Positions 31,270 to 48,303 of a stretch of DNA of 64,000 bases are shown here, in pieces. The stretch is from NCBI GenBank assembly GCA_049724395.1, contig JAUGWO010000065.1:62001-126000 (forward strand), given 5' to 3'. Numbering within the stretch: the first letter of the stretch is position 1; every line of letters begins with the position of its first letter. The notes under the pieces were generated by a model. That model had not been told where the DNA came from. It saw only the letters and a program-made list of their open reading frames with translations, and searched no databases. The translations under genes were made by a program, and so were the position numbers. The DNA is from Spongospora subterranea f. sp. subterranea. Taxonomy: Eukaryota.

Positions 31270-31513
31270 AGTTTTGACCCAGTTGTCATTAAACAATTTG
31301 TTCAAACTCTCTCAGGTTCCTATCTGTAGTTGTATTAATGCACTTCATCACCCCTTTCGTTGTTTTGCAACTTCCAACTCCGATTCGCTGTGCTATTTCG
31401 AATTTTCATCCCGCTGCGGCGTTTGCGGAGTCCGCAGTCCAGAGGTCATGGAGGGTTGCGCGAGGTTCGGCGGCAACTGTAGCCTCAATCGTCTTTTTCC
31501 CTATTCGGCAAAA

Positions 31514-33264
31514 ATGGGTCGAAAAGTTGTTGGACGCTCTCAGAATAAGAGGAAAAAGAACCCTAATCCAGAATCAGCTAATGCTGGTAGATGCGCCAAA
31601 GATTTTTTGAGTAATCTTCAGGCTATACCAGAAACCAAAGCCGTATGCAATGCCGATGATGGTATGGAATTCGAGCAGGACGAGGACGATATGGAAAACG
31701 ATGACGAAATCGAAGAAGTAATCGTCAATAATGACGAAGATTGCGAGGACACTGATATGGTTGATCATGACGACGATGGAGGCGAGGACGATTCCCAGCC
31801 GAAAACTGTGTGGGATCCAAGACTTCACGCTCTTCCTGAAGGCGAAGAACTAGAATGCGACAAGTCTGCCTACACATTTTATCATTCCCTTCGTGTCGAA
31901 TGGCCTTGCCTGACATTCGACACAATACGTGATCAACTTGGGGCTGTCCGTATTCGTTCACCGCACACGTTGACCATTGCTGCCGGCACGCAAGCCGCCA
32001 ACGCTTCCGACAATAAGGTCTGCATTTGGAAGATATCCAACCTTTGCGCCACAAAGTTCGACGATGAGTCCGACTCGGATGATGACGACGATGAGGAGGA
32101 AATGTCGGGAGGACAACCTGTTATTGTCGATCGCGAATTTCGCCATCCCGGTGCGGTAAACCGTCTGCGGTCGTGCCCCCAATTTCCTCATATTCTAGGA
32201 ACGTGGTCGGATTCTGGAGTTGTTTCAATCTGGGACGCCCAAGCCCATATCAAGTCATTGGAGTGCGCTCCTCGGCCCAACCAGCCCATTTCTGACAAAA
32301 TTCAGCCCCAATTTGAATATCGTGGTCATGAAGATGAAGGTTCATTCGTTGTTACTTGAAGAGATTAATTCATTGATTGAATTTGCATTTGGTTAGGGTA
32401 CGCTCTGGATTGGTCTCCTGTTGTTGCTGGACGTCTGGCTACCGGTGATTGCAAGCGCGGTATTCGAGTTTGGAACCAGACCGGGTCATCATGGGAGGTG
32501 TCATCGTCATGCTATAAGGGGCACACGAAATCCGTTGAAGATATTCAGTGGTCACCGACGGAACAAGGGGTGTTCGCATCGTGCTCTATCGATAAAAGGT
32601 AAAACCGTTTTCGGAATTGACAACGTCCTGTTTGAATGTCGATCACAGCATTCGTATTTGGGATACCCGCACAAGTAATAGGTCCATGTTGTCAATTGAA
32701 ATCGCCCACAACAATGATATCAATGTGATCTCATGGAACCAATCGGTAGCGCATCTTCTTGCGTCTGGATGTGATGATGGATCGTTCAAGGTTTGAAATT
32801 CCCTCTCCATCGGTTACGGATCAGATTTTCAGATAGTGATCAGGTTTGGGACCTTCGCCAGTTTAAGGCGGGGCGTGCAGCCGGTTTCTTTCAATGGCAC
32901 GAGAAACCGATTACGGCGATCCAATGGCATCCCACACAAGATTCGATTCTGGCAGTGACTTCCGAGGACGACAGCTGCTCCATATGGGATATGTCAGTGG
33001 AGTTGGATAAAGAAGAAGCATTACTGGGCAAGGATGCCGGCGGCGCTGACCTTGCTGGAATAGACATCCCTCCGCAGCTTGCGTTCGTACATCGAGGTCA
33101 AACTCAGATTAAGGTTTGACAACATGGGCGGTGTCTTGTACCAGATCACTAACCAGCGTCTTTCTTAGGACATACGGTTCCACCCTCAAATCCCATCCCT
33201 TATTACGACCACGTCATATAGCGGATTCAATTTCTTCAAACCCGATAATTTGGAGGCAGTTTAA
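31514..33264 (+). CDS. RRB1: Ribosome assembly WD40 protein RRB1/GRWD1
   Basis: Acidic N-terminus, [11 protein letters not shown]...[44 protein letters not shown] and [12 protein letters not shown]. Confidence 0.95.
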
Positions 33265-33447
33265 GCCGCACTTTCAATAAATTTCAAAGAGACAGCATCA
33301 ATTCATCTGAAATCCATGCAATAGTAGCCATCCGCTTGCCACTGTTTATGTTTCGTAAGTAACGAATCGCCGCTCTGTGACTGGACGTTGACCGAATGCG
33401 AGACGATGGCGCCATCGAATCTCTTACTACATCAGTGACGTTAACAC

Positions 33448-34224
33448 ATGGCTTTGCACCTGAAGATATGCGTCGCCGGGCCAGGAAAATCGGGCAAGTC
33501 TTTCATCAGCAACTTGATGGCGAATCACGGGGGTGATCAACCGCAGCCCTATGACGAGACGATAGGCTGCCGGATATTAGAGACCGAATACGTCGTGGAC
33601 GGAAAGAGCACAGATGGGCGAAAGGTCTGCGCTAGGACAGTTCTTGCTAACAGTCGCAATGGGGTTTACCGTAGCTGAGCACAGATAGAGCGCAACGTTC
33701 GCGTGAGCGTGGAAATTTGGGATCTGGGTGATTCTAGGTTCGAAAAGTGCTGGCTATCAGCTGCAAAGTCAATTAATGGGCTAATCCTGGTTTACAATCC
33801 TAATAATAAGGTAATATATTTCTGATTCGCTTTGGAACTTTTCACAAACTTTGAAAGTTGATTTCGTAACTTTTGTTGCAAACTTGTTCGTCGACGTTGC
33901 TGGTTTCCTATCATCATAAGACCCATAGATTGCTGTAGTTGAGTAGAGAGTTGTTAATGATAGGCGGATGAAGCTGATTTATATTCATGGTTCCGTTGGT
34001 CTCAAGAACATGGAAAGCTAGATCAACGCCAGATTCTCTTGGTGGCGAACCCTGGACCAGACCGTCAATTTCCTGCTACTATGAATCGGCCGCCTCCACC
34101 TTTGGACAAGTTGTCGATGGTGAAGTTCCTTGTCGGTGATCCGGCACAGTTACGTCAGGATGTCGTAGACTTCTCGGGAATATTGTTCGGATTTCATCCT
34201 GATGCAGAATTTCTCGACGATTAA
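33448..34224 (+). CDS. IFT22: Intraflagellar transport small GTPase IFT22 (RABL5)
   Basis: LKICVAGPGKSGKSFISNLMA, YDETIGCRILE, VEIWDLGDSRFEKCW; no NKxD motif. Two introns. Confidence 0.85.
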
Positions 34225-34305
34225 ATGAAAAAGCACAACTTAGAAAGATTTTCTGAATTTGAAAAAGTTTCGATGAGCAATATTTATATGACAATAAAAA
34301 ATAGA

Positions 34306-35463
34306 TTAAACTGAGATAGGGGCGGCATCCACATCACCAGCCAGTTTTGCCCGTTTCGCTTGGCGCTTTTCTGCCTCCTTCTTCCTGGACAGCTCTTCGA
34401 ATACGAATGGAGCAGGGTTAGAATGTTCGGCAATAGCTTTCATATGTCGATTCACGGAAACAATCTCGGCGTCTTGCTTGAACTCGCCACCGTCTCCTAG
34501 GGTGAACGATTCCAACATATCCCCCGACGCGACTAGTAATTGGTTGCAACTACTGAACACAATCGATATAGGCTGATATTTTAAAGGGATTGCCTGCAAT
34601 TCTTGCAACTCAAATTCATCCGATGTCTGATAAAGGTGCACAAGAGGGTCATCTGATACGACAACGGCCAAGACACGATTGGCGGGAGAATACGCAAATG
34701 ACAGAATGGCGCCATCGCAGTTAACGGAACACAATAGGGCACCGGATTCGACATTCCAGACGGCAACCATACCATCTTCACCTCCAGATATAACATACAA
34801 TGGCGCTAAACCATACAAACACACTATAGCCCTAAACCAAAACCACAATATGAGAACCAGCAAGATGTAGAACAGACAATGATGAGAAACACTGAATAAA
34901 ACCAGATCGATGTAAAATACAAAAGAAGGGGGAAGCAAAAGTGTGTTGTTTGAATCATTATCATACCCGTGATGTCCATAACAAAATGATTGTATATCAT
35001 ATGCAGATGGATAGTGTGAACAGCGTAGTTTGCAATCAATGTCCCCAGATATTATATGCTCATGCAATATTGTCAATGCGTGAACTGTTTCGATATGGCC
35101 TAGTATTTCTGCGATAGCAGATCCGGAATCTGTCACGTCTGCGATCGAGGACACAACCCCGAATCTATCGGCGACGATCAACGTCGAGCCAGAAAATACG
35201 GCTGACGTCAGTTTCTTTTCGAATTGATATTGACTGATTAGTTCACGCGATTTTACATCAAAAACGTTGACGAATTTATCGTCGGCAACTGATGCAAGAT
35301 ACAATCCGGTTGAGGAGAATGTGATTGACCTTATCTGTTCGGTGTGAGTCGACGGCAACACGACGATCCCCTCACTATTATATAACGATATTGTCTTAAC
35401 CTGGGCGATAGCAACATCATCTGAAGAGGGCGACGTGCAAATAAGGCACGATTGGGCCGGCAT
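34306..35463 (-). CDS. TRM82: tRNA m7G methyltransferase non-catalytic subunit TRM82/WDR4
   Basis: ADDKFV, FEKKLTS, VADRFGVV, LGHIETV, IISGDIDCKLRCSHYPSAYDIQSFCYGH. One in-frame intron at ~34830-34968 is inferred. The start is taken at MPAQS. Confidence 0.88.
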   Translation of the reverse strand: MPAQSCLICTSPSSDDVAIAQVKTISLYNSEGIVVLPSTHTEQIRSITFSSTGLYLASVADDKFVNVFDVKSRELISQYQFEKKLTSAVFSGSTLIVADRFGVVSSIADVTDSGSAIAEILGHIETVHALTILHEHIISGDIDCKLRCSHYPSAYDIQSFCYGHHGYDNDSNNTLLLPPSFVFYIDLVLFSVSHHCLFYILLVLILWFWFRAIVCLYGLAPLYVISGGEDGMVAVWNVESGALLCSVNCDGAILSFAYSPANRVLAVVVSDDPLVHLYQTSDEFELQELQAIPLKYQPISIVFSSCNQLLVASGDMLESFTLGDGGEFKQDAEIVSVNRHMKAIAEHSNPAPFVFEELSRKKEAEKRQAKRAKLAGDVDAAPISV

Positions 35464-35860
35464 GCTGCACCTTGACTGACCTGACTCGTTCGACTCGGTC
35501 CGCAATCTGTCGGTCGTAACGATTCCAGACACAAATCGAACTCCGTAGCGGACTCCGTCAGCCATTGGCCTAATAATTTCCAGCAAAAGCCACAATCTGC
35601 GAATAAGTTGGTAATAATTTCACAGATTATGAATGCAAAACGTACCGTTTCGACGTCGGAGTTTACGGAGGAAGAAATTTTTGTAAATACATCACAGAAT
35701 ATTGCAGAGGTGTGAGCAAGGGGCAAACGGTGATCCATTAGGGCTCGGGTTATCGTCATACGTACCATAATGGCAGTTTTCGATATGGTGCACCGTCTCA
35801 AGATACATTCCTGCCGTATCTGCGAACTTCAATCTGTACAAACATTTTCTGTTTTAGCAA

Positions 35861-37500
35861 TCAAAATCTCCATTCTGGGCTTATTACCTCTTTGTCGATG
35901 TCTCTTTGGACTGTTTCTGAAATTCTTTTTCTTTGCAGATTGCAGGATGGCAGTGCTTGAAAATTGTCGCTTATATCAAACTCTGCATCTTGCACAAGGT
36001 TATGATTGGATTGACTTTGCGTCTGAGAGGCATCAACAGCGCCAGATCGTCGGGTTGGGTGAAGACCCTCCACATCTGGGACAACGGTCGAGGGCTTACG
36101 TGAAATGGGGTTGCTTACGAACGGATCTTGCTTGGCTTTGTTTCGTCGTCGTTCGCTTTTCTTGCTTGTTTTTGGTTTCGAGGATGGTGCCCCAGCTAGA
36201 GCAGTGTCTGGCATCACCGCTTATACGATTCTATTCAATGATTTGCCGGCAACAGTATTGATCGGCGATGGTACCTCCCTTACCTAGGCTGTTCAATGTT
36301 TATAACAAGAAGGAAAATCAAAACCGTTTGATCTCATCGTAACAGGAATTTTCGCAAATATAGTCGAAGTAACGAATATACAGTACTGCTCCCAAAGGAC
36401 TCAACAGGAAGTGATCGACGTTACGATGTCACAGCCCCTCACATACGTGAATTACCTCACGAAAATGGCTTGACATGGGACATGGCTTTCCCACTCGTTG
36501 GTCCGATTACCGAAACGCCCTTTATGTAGTCTCATGAATTAAGCTAATAGATGTTGAACGCTTTCGAAATCATTTCATATTTTTGCTGGTATTCTGTGAG
36601 AGGTAGAATTGAATGTCTATTTTTCGCCTGGGTTGAGAGAAGTATGCGGTCGTCGTTTTTTTGGAATTTTGCGAAAATCCGACAAAAACGCTCCCCTAAC
36701 CCAAATAAGGGTTTGAGGTAAAGAGCACTGAGATGGTTTACTTCATTCGCTGACAAGGCTAAAGACTGGGGGATAGATCGGAATTCGCTGGCATGCGCAT
36801 CTGAAGTCAGCTGGCGAGGAAAATACAGCTCATCATACAGGCGAGAACAAACAGTTACCAAAGATAGAATGCACATGTCTACAGGATTTGAAACTCTTTG
36901 AGCGCATCAAATTCACATTAGCGGAGCTGCAGCAATAATTTTCAGTTTAGATTGATGTCTGGATGTAAAACGAACATGTAAAGGGGCCTGCAACCAAAGG
37001 TCAGCTGTGGCCTAAATCAAGCTTGGCACCGCGTCGTTTAAAAAACACAATAAATGTGAGCATTCGTTTTGATGCGTCTCGCGGATGTGCCCCAATTGCG
37101 TCCATATTGTGAAGTCAATCTTCAAATTCAGATTGCATTCTACATCAGACAACAAATGCTTTCAAGGAAAACTCGATGAACCTTGTGCGATCAAGGAATT
37201 TTGCATTTTATAGCAATCCCTGTGCATCAGTTGAAACGAATCACCAAAATCGTTGAAGTTGACATTTCGCTGGGTTGATCGTGATTTTTTTTTCAGCGAA
37301 AAACCTGTGTGTCTTATTGGCGTTTCAAGAGGATCCCGTTGAGAGTCGTGAACGGGTCCTCAATTCTCCTCCTGGGATAACATTTTACGTCGCATACGGC
37401 AAGGTAAAAATTCCTTGCATCGACATGATGAGATCGTCCTCGGATTCGGTGTTCGATTTCGGCGAGGGGGCACTTGACGTCATCATCTTGGGAGCAGCCC
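35861..37500 (-). CDS. Multi-exon hypothetical protein, possibly NEPRO/Rmp1 (DUF4477)-like; boundaries uncertain
   Basis: Several minus-strand ORF pieces with splice-like ends: LMHRDCYKMQN, CILSLVTVCSRLY and a basic KKSERRRNK segment. I could not join the frames cleanly. Confidence 0.3.
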
Positions 37501-38299
37501 ATGGTAGGAGAGACGGTTGTCGAGTCATACAATAACTGTGAAACAGTATTGCAGTGGCGTGGTTACGTAGCACGTTCTGTTGTAGTGCACGTACGACTAC
37601 ATTGCCATAGGTGGCACCCCTGGATGAGAGTTGAGGCCTCGCCAATTGAAATGGTCAATTATTTCAAGTGCCTCGAACAAATATCCGCTGCTCAATTTTT
37701 TGATCCAGACTACTCCATCTGTAATATATGCTGTGGCTGTAATCGTCACCTCCTAGTCGGTAATGGCGCGATTTGATGGTTGAAAAATGGCGAGATTTTC
37801 GGCCCAGACTGGGAGTCGTTGTACTGTATTTAACATAGTTCGATTGTGAGATTCATGGGCAGTTTAAAGCATATTTATCAGTCAAGCCCATTCGAACAGC
37901 AAATCGTGATACACAAAACTGAAACATTAAGACGGAACCGCGGTTTGGATTGCCAACGACTCAGCAAAATCAAATCATTTGCATGACAGTATTGAGCTGC
38001 AAGTGGATGGCCACGCCGTGCATATTGATAAAAGGCACTTTCGGTACAGTCATTTCAAGATCCGGTGAACTTCTAGTCTTCATATTTCGTCGATAGAGCT
38101 CGGGTTGAAGCGTTATTGGCCAATATTGCGCCCGGCAACTATCAGGGGCGCCGGTCTTCAATGACAGCGAACGACGGGTACGACTAAAACGACGACGAAA
38201 AAACTAGACTAGAAACTCCTCGGATCCTGAAGTGACTACCGAAAGTAAAGAAGATCGTTTAAATTCTCCATTGCAGAAGTTTGAGGTTAATGTCGTTGA

Positions 38300-38500
38300 T
38301 CCTCAAAAGGAAGAGAAAGACCTTGAAACGGCACTTGCGTGATTGTAACCATCCAGAACTGCTTACTCGCATCGGTAAGCACGGAACATAATCTCCCTTT
38401 GGATACGCCAAAGTAACAGCTTCTCTAATTGACTCAATGACAGTTTGAAAAGCCTGGGAAAACTCATCATTCCAACCAACATCATGTTTCGTGTTTGAAC
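38300..38500 (-). mobile_element. Ty3/gypsy RT-RNase H junction fragment
   Basis: WNDEFSQAFQTVIESIREAVTLAYPK...CL, then after a frameshift TDASKQFWMVTITQVP. Confidence 0.8.
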
Positions 38501-38626
38501 AGGCTAATGCAGGTGCCGCCAGCAAGATAGATCTCACGTTAGCGAGTCAGCGTGGGCTACGCGATGCGCGTGTTTGAGGGCCACGCGGACTGTACGGTAA
38601 ATGAAGAGAGGAGTATCATTTTAGTG

Positions 38627-42365
<3,739 letters not shown>

Positions 42366-42475
42366 ACTATTTATGTAAGCTTAACTCGTCTAGTATCAAG
42401 CCCGTTTTGTTCTGACAGTGAATGTTTTGCTTTGGCGAGCAAACACACATGATAAGAATATCTGATTAAGACAAT

Positions 42476-43502
42476 TTATTGCCACCGCCATGCGAGATGC
42501 TGAGCAACAGTTTCATACGAGCCAAAGAAGAGGAACCCTCCCAGACTAATCCACGTAACGCGATGGTATATTCCTCGTGTTAACCCTGCCATTCCCTCTT
42601 CTTTCCATGTTGTCGTCAGACAATGCCGAAACCCTTTGTAAACGGGGCGTCCTTCTTGTGTCATCAGACGCGTTTTAACGACGTCAAGGGGGTTAGTCAC
42701 TGCCGCTGAGATTCCGCCAGCAAGAGCCCCCATCGTCCCAGATTGTACTGGAGTTAAAGTTTCGCCATCATAACACCTCCTTGAATATTGAAGTTTCAGC
42801 GTCTCCCAGAGAGCAAATTGCAGCGCGTCGAACGGTATCTGGACAAAATAACGTTGAGATACATGCTGACCACAACATAACTCAATGGTAACCTCTCGTA
42901 TTACAGTTGACCCATATCCGGTGAGCAATCCTGAAATTCCTTTTCCTGACAATATTGATTTAATACAAGCTAGTGAAGATGGGTGCATTCCAGCCTGCAA
43001 AAACAAGGTCTGATTTGTACCACCTCATAGAAGCACATTTGCCTTATTCACCTGCATCTGCTGTTTCACAATTTCGAAGGGTACACGAACCCCGCATGCG
43101 AATACGTTAGCGACGGCAGCAGAAGCCATGCTGGAGAATGGATCGGGAAAATGGGCAATTGATAGGCGACGGCATGTGTCATATACGGTGAAGAAAACGG
43201 CCCCAGATGGGAATGACCCGACCATCGCTGAAGTCAATCCGGCATAGAACCGGAAGGCCTGTTTAGGCACTTGACGGGTCTGCAACCTGGTCTTTAACGT
43301 ATCCAGAGGGAACAATACTAAATCGGTGCACGTTCCGGCAAGACCTCCTGAAATAGCTGATGCTACACGACAGAGAAAAAATTAGGAACACGCATTGGCA
43401 TGAAATGATCCTACCGCTTAATGATAAAAGTAACGGCTTGTTTTTGGTCGTTGGCGCCGCAAGAGTAGCAGATCCGCCGATCTCGTGCTGATGTGCCGCC
43501 AT
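42476..43502 (-). CDS. Mitochondrial carrier, S-adenosylmethionine carrier-like (SLC25A26/PET8)
   Basis: Three PxD/ExxKxR repeats (FPLDTLKTRLQ, VPFEIVKQQMQ, NPLDVVKTRLM), REIPFDALQF after splicing, and RVTWISLGG. Confidence 0.88.
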
Positions 43503-44078
43503 AAATTCAGTACAATCCCGGATTTTACTTTTTGGCGCAGCCACTAAACGATATCTGCGCAAACCTCCGTCCGCATCGCCAGCATGGGCAATCATTTGCA
43601 TGACAATAAGCGTCATCGACGCACGATGCCATCATGGATAGTTTTTGCCCTTACTTATAAAGGTTAAATTCATACAACATGGTTTTTTCACAGCAACAAA
43701 TATGTCTCTTATTGAATGCAACGTGATTGGACGGTGCAAAATTTCCTCAGGTTTTTTCGCTATCATGGCACGCCGAACAAAACATATCGTTTGCGACCTC
43801 TGGTCATGTACTTGTAGTCAAGGACCGCGTTTTACATGCGTATCACATGAACTTTTGATGCGTATTGTTTGCAAGCGCTCGGCATCTACCTACATTGGAT
43901 TTTCAGTCCTACGTACTCAGTCCCATGGCTATGTCGTTCGATTGACGAACCCGATGTAACAACAGTAGAAAGGGATCCATTGCAGTCATGCAGCCCCTTG
44001 GACTTGGTCTGTCTAACTTCTCGACACGCGAGTCTTTGATGTGTAGTCTGCATCTGTGGCATCTTGGGTATTAATCAT

Positions 44079-44748
44079 ATGCTTGTGTTCTGCATTGGAG
44101 TTGGCGCAATCCTATGCAGCCTGATCAAGTTTGGACAGACCCAGATTATCGATGCCAATCGAGATTCTCAAGTTTGGGCCAAGGTGAAGATGCCTTCTGG
44201 TAATGTCGTTTGGCAAACCGTAGATTCCTGCCCGCTAGTAGCCTCAGGCGGTATACGGCTTAGTCGCCTCATCACCTGTTTTTTCTTATCGTTTTGGTAA
44301 AACACAGAATCGGGTCCATCAATATTCCTCCTATCTCCTCACTCTGGTGACGTTCTGATTGGGCATCAGTGGTTCAACATTACATGGAAGACATGTGGAT
44401 TCGTTCCTGCCGTCCGGGTTGACCTCTATCATCAGCTTGCTTTGGTCTTGACGATAGATATGGCCACTCCTAACAACGAGTTCTATCCATGGAAGGTCTG
44501 AGCATTATCATCACTTAGATCGTCTGTAAAGGTTCATATGATAGGCGATGCTTCCATTGCACTATTCTGTTCAAGCTTTCTATACGATTCGAGTGGCTTC
44601 GCTCCACGACTCGAACGTTATTGGCGAGTCAACGCCGTTTAGGATCGTCAGAGAATACTCCGCAGAAAACATCAAGCGCCTTCACTTTTTGCATGAAAAA
44701 TTCGGTGGCCCAGTCCTCGATGAGTTTGTAGTAGATCCAAATATATGA
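44079..44748 (+). CDS. Small putative secreted protein with Kre9/KNH-like Ig-type domain
   Basis: Hydrophobic N-terminus MLVFCIGVGAILCSLIKFGQT. The spliced product has LLSPHSGDVLIGHQWFNITW, VDLY, NNEFYPWK and YTIRVAS...GESTPFRI. Confidence 0.6.
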
Positions 44749-44816
44749 CACACGGTGGATATTGAAAATACACGAAAGCTTTGAATTTATACAAGAATAA
44801 TTTTGAAATATTAGAT

Positions 44817-46895
44817 TTACAGTGCACCGGATTCTTCAAACGCTTTGTATTCGACCTGAATCGCATTGAAGACGCGTTCGCAGATGACAAGTTTCTCTGC
44901 ACTTGTCCGATCTACTTTGTCTGGATGTACCAGAAGCATAGTTCTTCTTGTCGTTCTTTTTACGTCAGACGCAGAGACTATATCAGACAATTTCACCTGG
45001 AGGTAATCATAAACCGACAATAAGCCGTTAGAGAATTAGAATGCACTCACGACGGGAACGTTCATGTCCGACGGTAGAATCGTATGCATTGTTGACAGCA
45101 ATACACGTATCGGTTTCCTTTTCTGCCCAATACCTAACTCCCAGTTATCCAACTGAAATGATATGTTATCCTTAACTCGCTCCTTCGCATCTTGCATTTG
45201 CTCATCGGCCTGACCGTATTATATCAACAACGATGTGGGGATCAAGCAACGCTTGCAGTTTACGTTGATCTGAGCATGCAACGTCCGTACTCTGGCGTTG
45301 CGCTCCGTTTCACTTATATCAGCAGAACTTGAATTCGGAGTAGATGAATACAGAAACGCATTGGCAACTGCAGAATCGTGGCCGAAAACAAACGGAGATA
45401 TAGCGGCGTCGGTGTTGCCCGGAGACGTGAACAAATCGTCAATCGGACTTACTAAATAATCACAGTTGGATTCAAAAAAAAACCGTGAATTGCAGCCTAT
45501 TGCCTGATGAAGGATTGCTGTGTACGACGTTTTGAAACGAGATGTCAACAGGGGAGAAACTCGACGATGGTGCCGATGAATCGAATCCGAACAGCAAGTC
45601 TATGGTCTCAACAGAACCCGTTTTAGATGAACTGGGTTCTTTAGCCTGCGAATGATTATCATCAGGAAAGAAGACTCGTGTGAAAACCAACCTTGGAGCC
45701 GCTGCTCGAGAACAAGAGTTCAGAAGGTTTACCCTGCATTGTCGGAGGCAACTTCTCCTCTTCTTTGTGGATTGGAATGGGAGCATCTTCTTGCTTTTCT
45801 TCTGAAGAAGCATCAAGATCTGAGCCATCGTCCTTCACAAGCACACGCATTGAGACAAACGTTATTGGCATTGAACGGGCTTATGAAGAGCAAACCTCTG
45901 ACTCATTATCAATTTGACTATTATGGCTCGCCCCATTGGAATTATTAGTGTCAGAAGGTGTCGAAGCTAACCTAATAGTATGAGACACAATATTGGATTG
46001 AAAGAAGCGAACAAACCTGCCGCCGCCGCCGCCAGAGCAAAGTCTGGGGTGGTGCCTTTTGGAAATCTTTTCCTGTATGCTTGCACGTTCTTGTCAAGGA
46101 CTGAAACAAGGGACGAGGTTCTCGAAAAATATTCCAATTGATATTCCATTAACCGGACAAGAACTGCATCGAGGACTGTGTAACGCGACTCTAACTCTTT
46201 TTTGACAAGTTCTGAAGACAGACGTTAAACGTAATTCACAGTGACATCATCACATCCACACCTCTTAACTCAGAACGAGTGCTTTCAAATTCAGCCTGCT
46301 TTTTAGCAATTGTGGATGGGTCCTCGTTTCTCTGCGCTGATTGAGTGATTTTGGTCAGCGCTTTTTGGGCACCATTTGTTCTCTTAATCAAAACATCGAC
46401 CTGAAGTTTCCATTTGTCCAAAAGCGCAAGGACCTGAATTGCCGAGAAATCAATTCGTGATAAAACCTTTCATCAAACAAGAGCAATGAACCTCTTGGTC
46501 AAACTGAGTAGCCCATATTTCCGTTGCTAGTTTGTCCATCCCTCGTGTCGTATCAGAGAAGATAGTGATGCTTTTCTGCCTAGCTTCGGAATGTCGATAA
46601 ATGTTGAGAAAATCGAGACCCGTTTTCGCCGATTGCATGGCTGAGTTAACCATTGCTGCAGCGTATTTAGCTAAATCTGCCCGCAATTCCGTAACAACTT
46701 TTGATAACTCCAAAAGCTTCAATTTGAATCTACAGGAAAACGTGCGAAAAGGCTCAGCATTAGTCACATTTCCGACATCCGAATTTTTTCGTACGTCTCT
46801 AGCTGCGGATCATTCCGTATTTGCGGCGCTCCTGTAAGCGCTGAAGAAATGTCGATTAACTTCTTCTTCGTATTATTGAAGAAATCAAGAGTCAT
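44817..46895 (-). CDS. Auxilin-like J-domain protein with N-terminal BAR-like helical domain
   Basis: C-terminus has KRKPIRVLLSTMHTILP...VKRTTRRTMLLVHPDKV...ERVFNAI (auxilin/Swa2-type J domain). The middle is low-complexity with DLLFGF and IDDLF motifs. The N-terminal ~230 aa are helical. The start MTLDFFNNTKKKL is inferred. Confidence 0.8.
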
Positions 46896-47228
46896 CTTCT
46901 CCTAGCCTCACAAAGAAAAGTAAACGGTCGCTCCACGATTTACCAAGGCTCGTGCCCGGAATACTGTCGTAATATCTGCCAGCGCGTCGACAACTGTGCA
47001 GATAATGTCCCGACTGTATCTTTCGGCTGTGGATGATGGTATGGGAGGCCCCGGTCCTTGACGTGGAAGATCGCGTAACGTCAGCACGGGCGTCACGGGA
47101 ATCATTGTGAACCGTGGCTTCGTAAATAGACTGGTAGTATAACCGGACAAAGATGGTGTTACACATATCTCAAGGCTTTTGCTGTGAGAAAAACATTTCA
47201 CATATACAATTGCATTATCTATTATTTG

Positions 47229-48303
47229 TCAAATTATAAACTCGTCAGAGTTGGATCTGGCGGCCAACTTGGAAATCGCTTGGCAGTACTCTCGAAATTC
47301 GGGTTTGTCTCGGATCATCTTCATATAAACGTGAAGATTTTCTCTTTCCTGAATCGCGGGATTTACGGAAAGCTTTTCGCGCGCACGGACAAGAGATGTC
47401 AACCGATCTTCGCAATGCCAAATGCGTCTCAATACCGCCAGCAGGTTTTTCAAAGCAGCTGTTTCGGAATCCGCATCGAATGTGAACGCGTATTTTTTCC
47501 ATGCGGATCCTTCAACTGGAACGGCGACAATCTGGGTCAAAGGATTATCTCGAGATCACTGAATGCGCTACAGTTTCATTTACCAAATTAGGAAATTGAA
47601 ATTTAACCACTGGAACGGCTTCAGGGTTGGAACGAAGACTGATATGTACAATGTTATGAGGGGGAATTCTGAATGTCAAATGCGGATTACACCCGTCATC
47701 GCAGGTTAGCAGTAGAATTCCTGGACCAAAATCTTCCCAAACTGTGTTGAGATTTTTGTTTTGGAGATCTGATGGTGAAACTCTCAATCTCGTTGAAATA
47801 GTATTGCTTGTCGATTGTTCTGATAAATATGGGACAACACGGATGGGAAATTTCCTTCCTGATCCGAGCTCAACCGGTTCCACGTCGAATGTAGATATCA
47901 CTTGTTTTGGCTTCAACAGCAACCTACTGATTCGTATCTTCAACCCGTGCCCTTTGCCATCAGAACTGGGCCCAAAAACAGTGCTAATGTGTTTTGCAAC
48001 AGTTTTGCGGTTGCGTTCCATCTTATATTTGGCTTTTGCTCTATAAGAGCCCCCTAGTCGACGTAAACAAGTATCGACCCTCGATTTACCGCATTCAGTG
48101 TATGGTGCGTTCTCCATTTGTTGGCAACGTTCTCCGCAGGCCTGACTGGCATCTAAACCAATACAACCATCTTTGTTTCCCAACTCAGAAGTATATTCTG
48201 ATCTTTCAGGGGAGCTTGATGACGCGGCAGAACGAGGGTTTAAATCGCATAAAAAGCATTTCCAGCCATGTACAGAATCCTTTTCGCTAAAGATGAGAGA
48301 CAT
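47229..48303 (-). CDS. Hypothetical protein, 2 exons, possible PH-like C-terminal fold
   Basis: A 252 aa and a 103 aa ORF are joinable through a short GT-AG intron near 47531-47571. No family recognised. Confidence 0.55.

Noticed and set aside
31238..31513. N-terminal extension of the RRB1 ORF overlapping the end of ABCC copy 2
   Set aside because: It starts at a non-ATG codon and lacks similarity; the first good ATG is 31514.
34830..34968. Apparent transmembrane insertion in the TRM82 ORF
   Set aside because: The segment is T-rich on the coding strand, starts with GT right after the conserved CYGH motif and interrupts a WD40 repeat; best explained as an in-frame intron.
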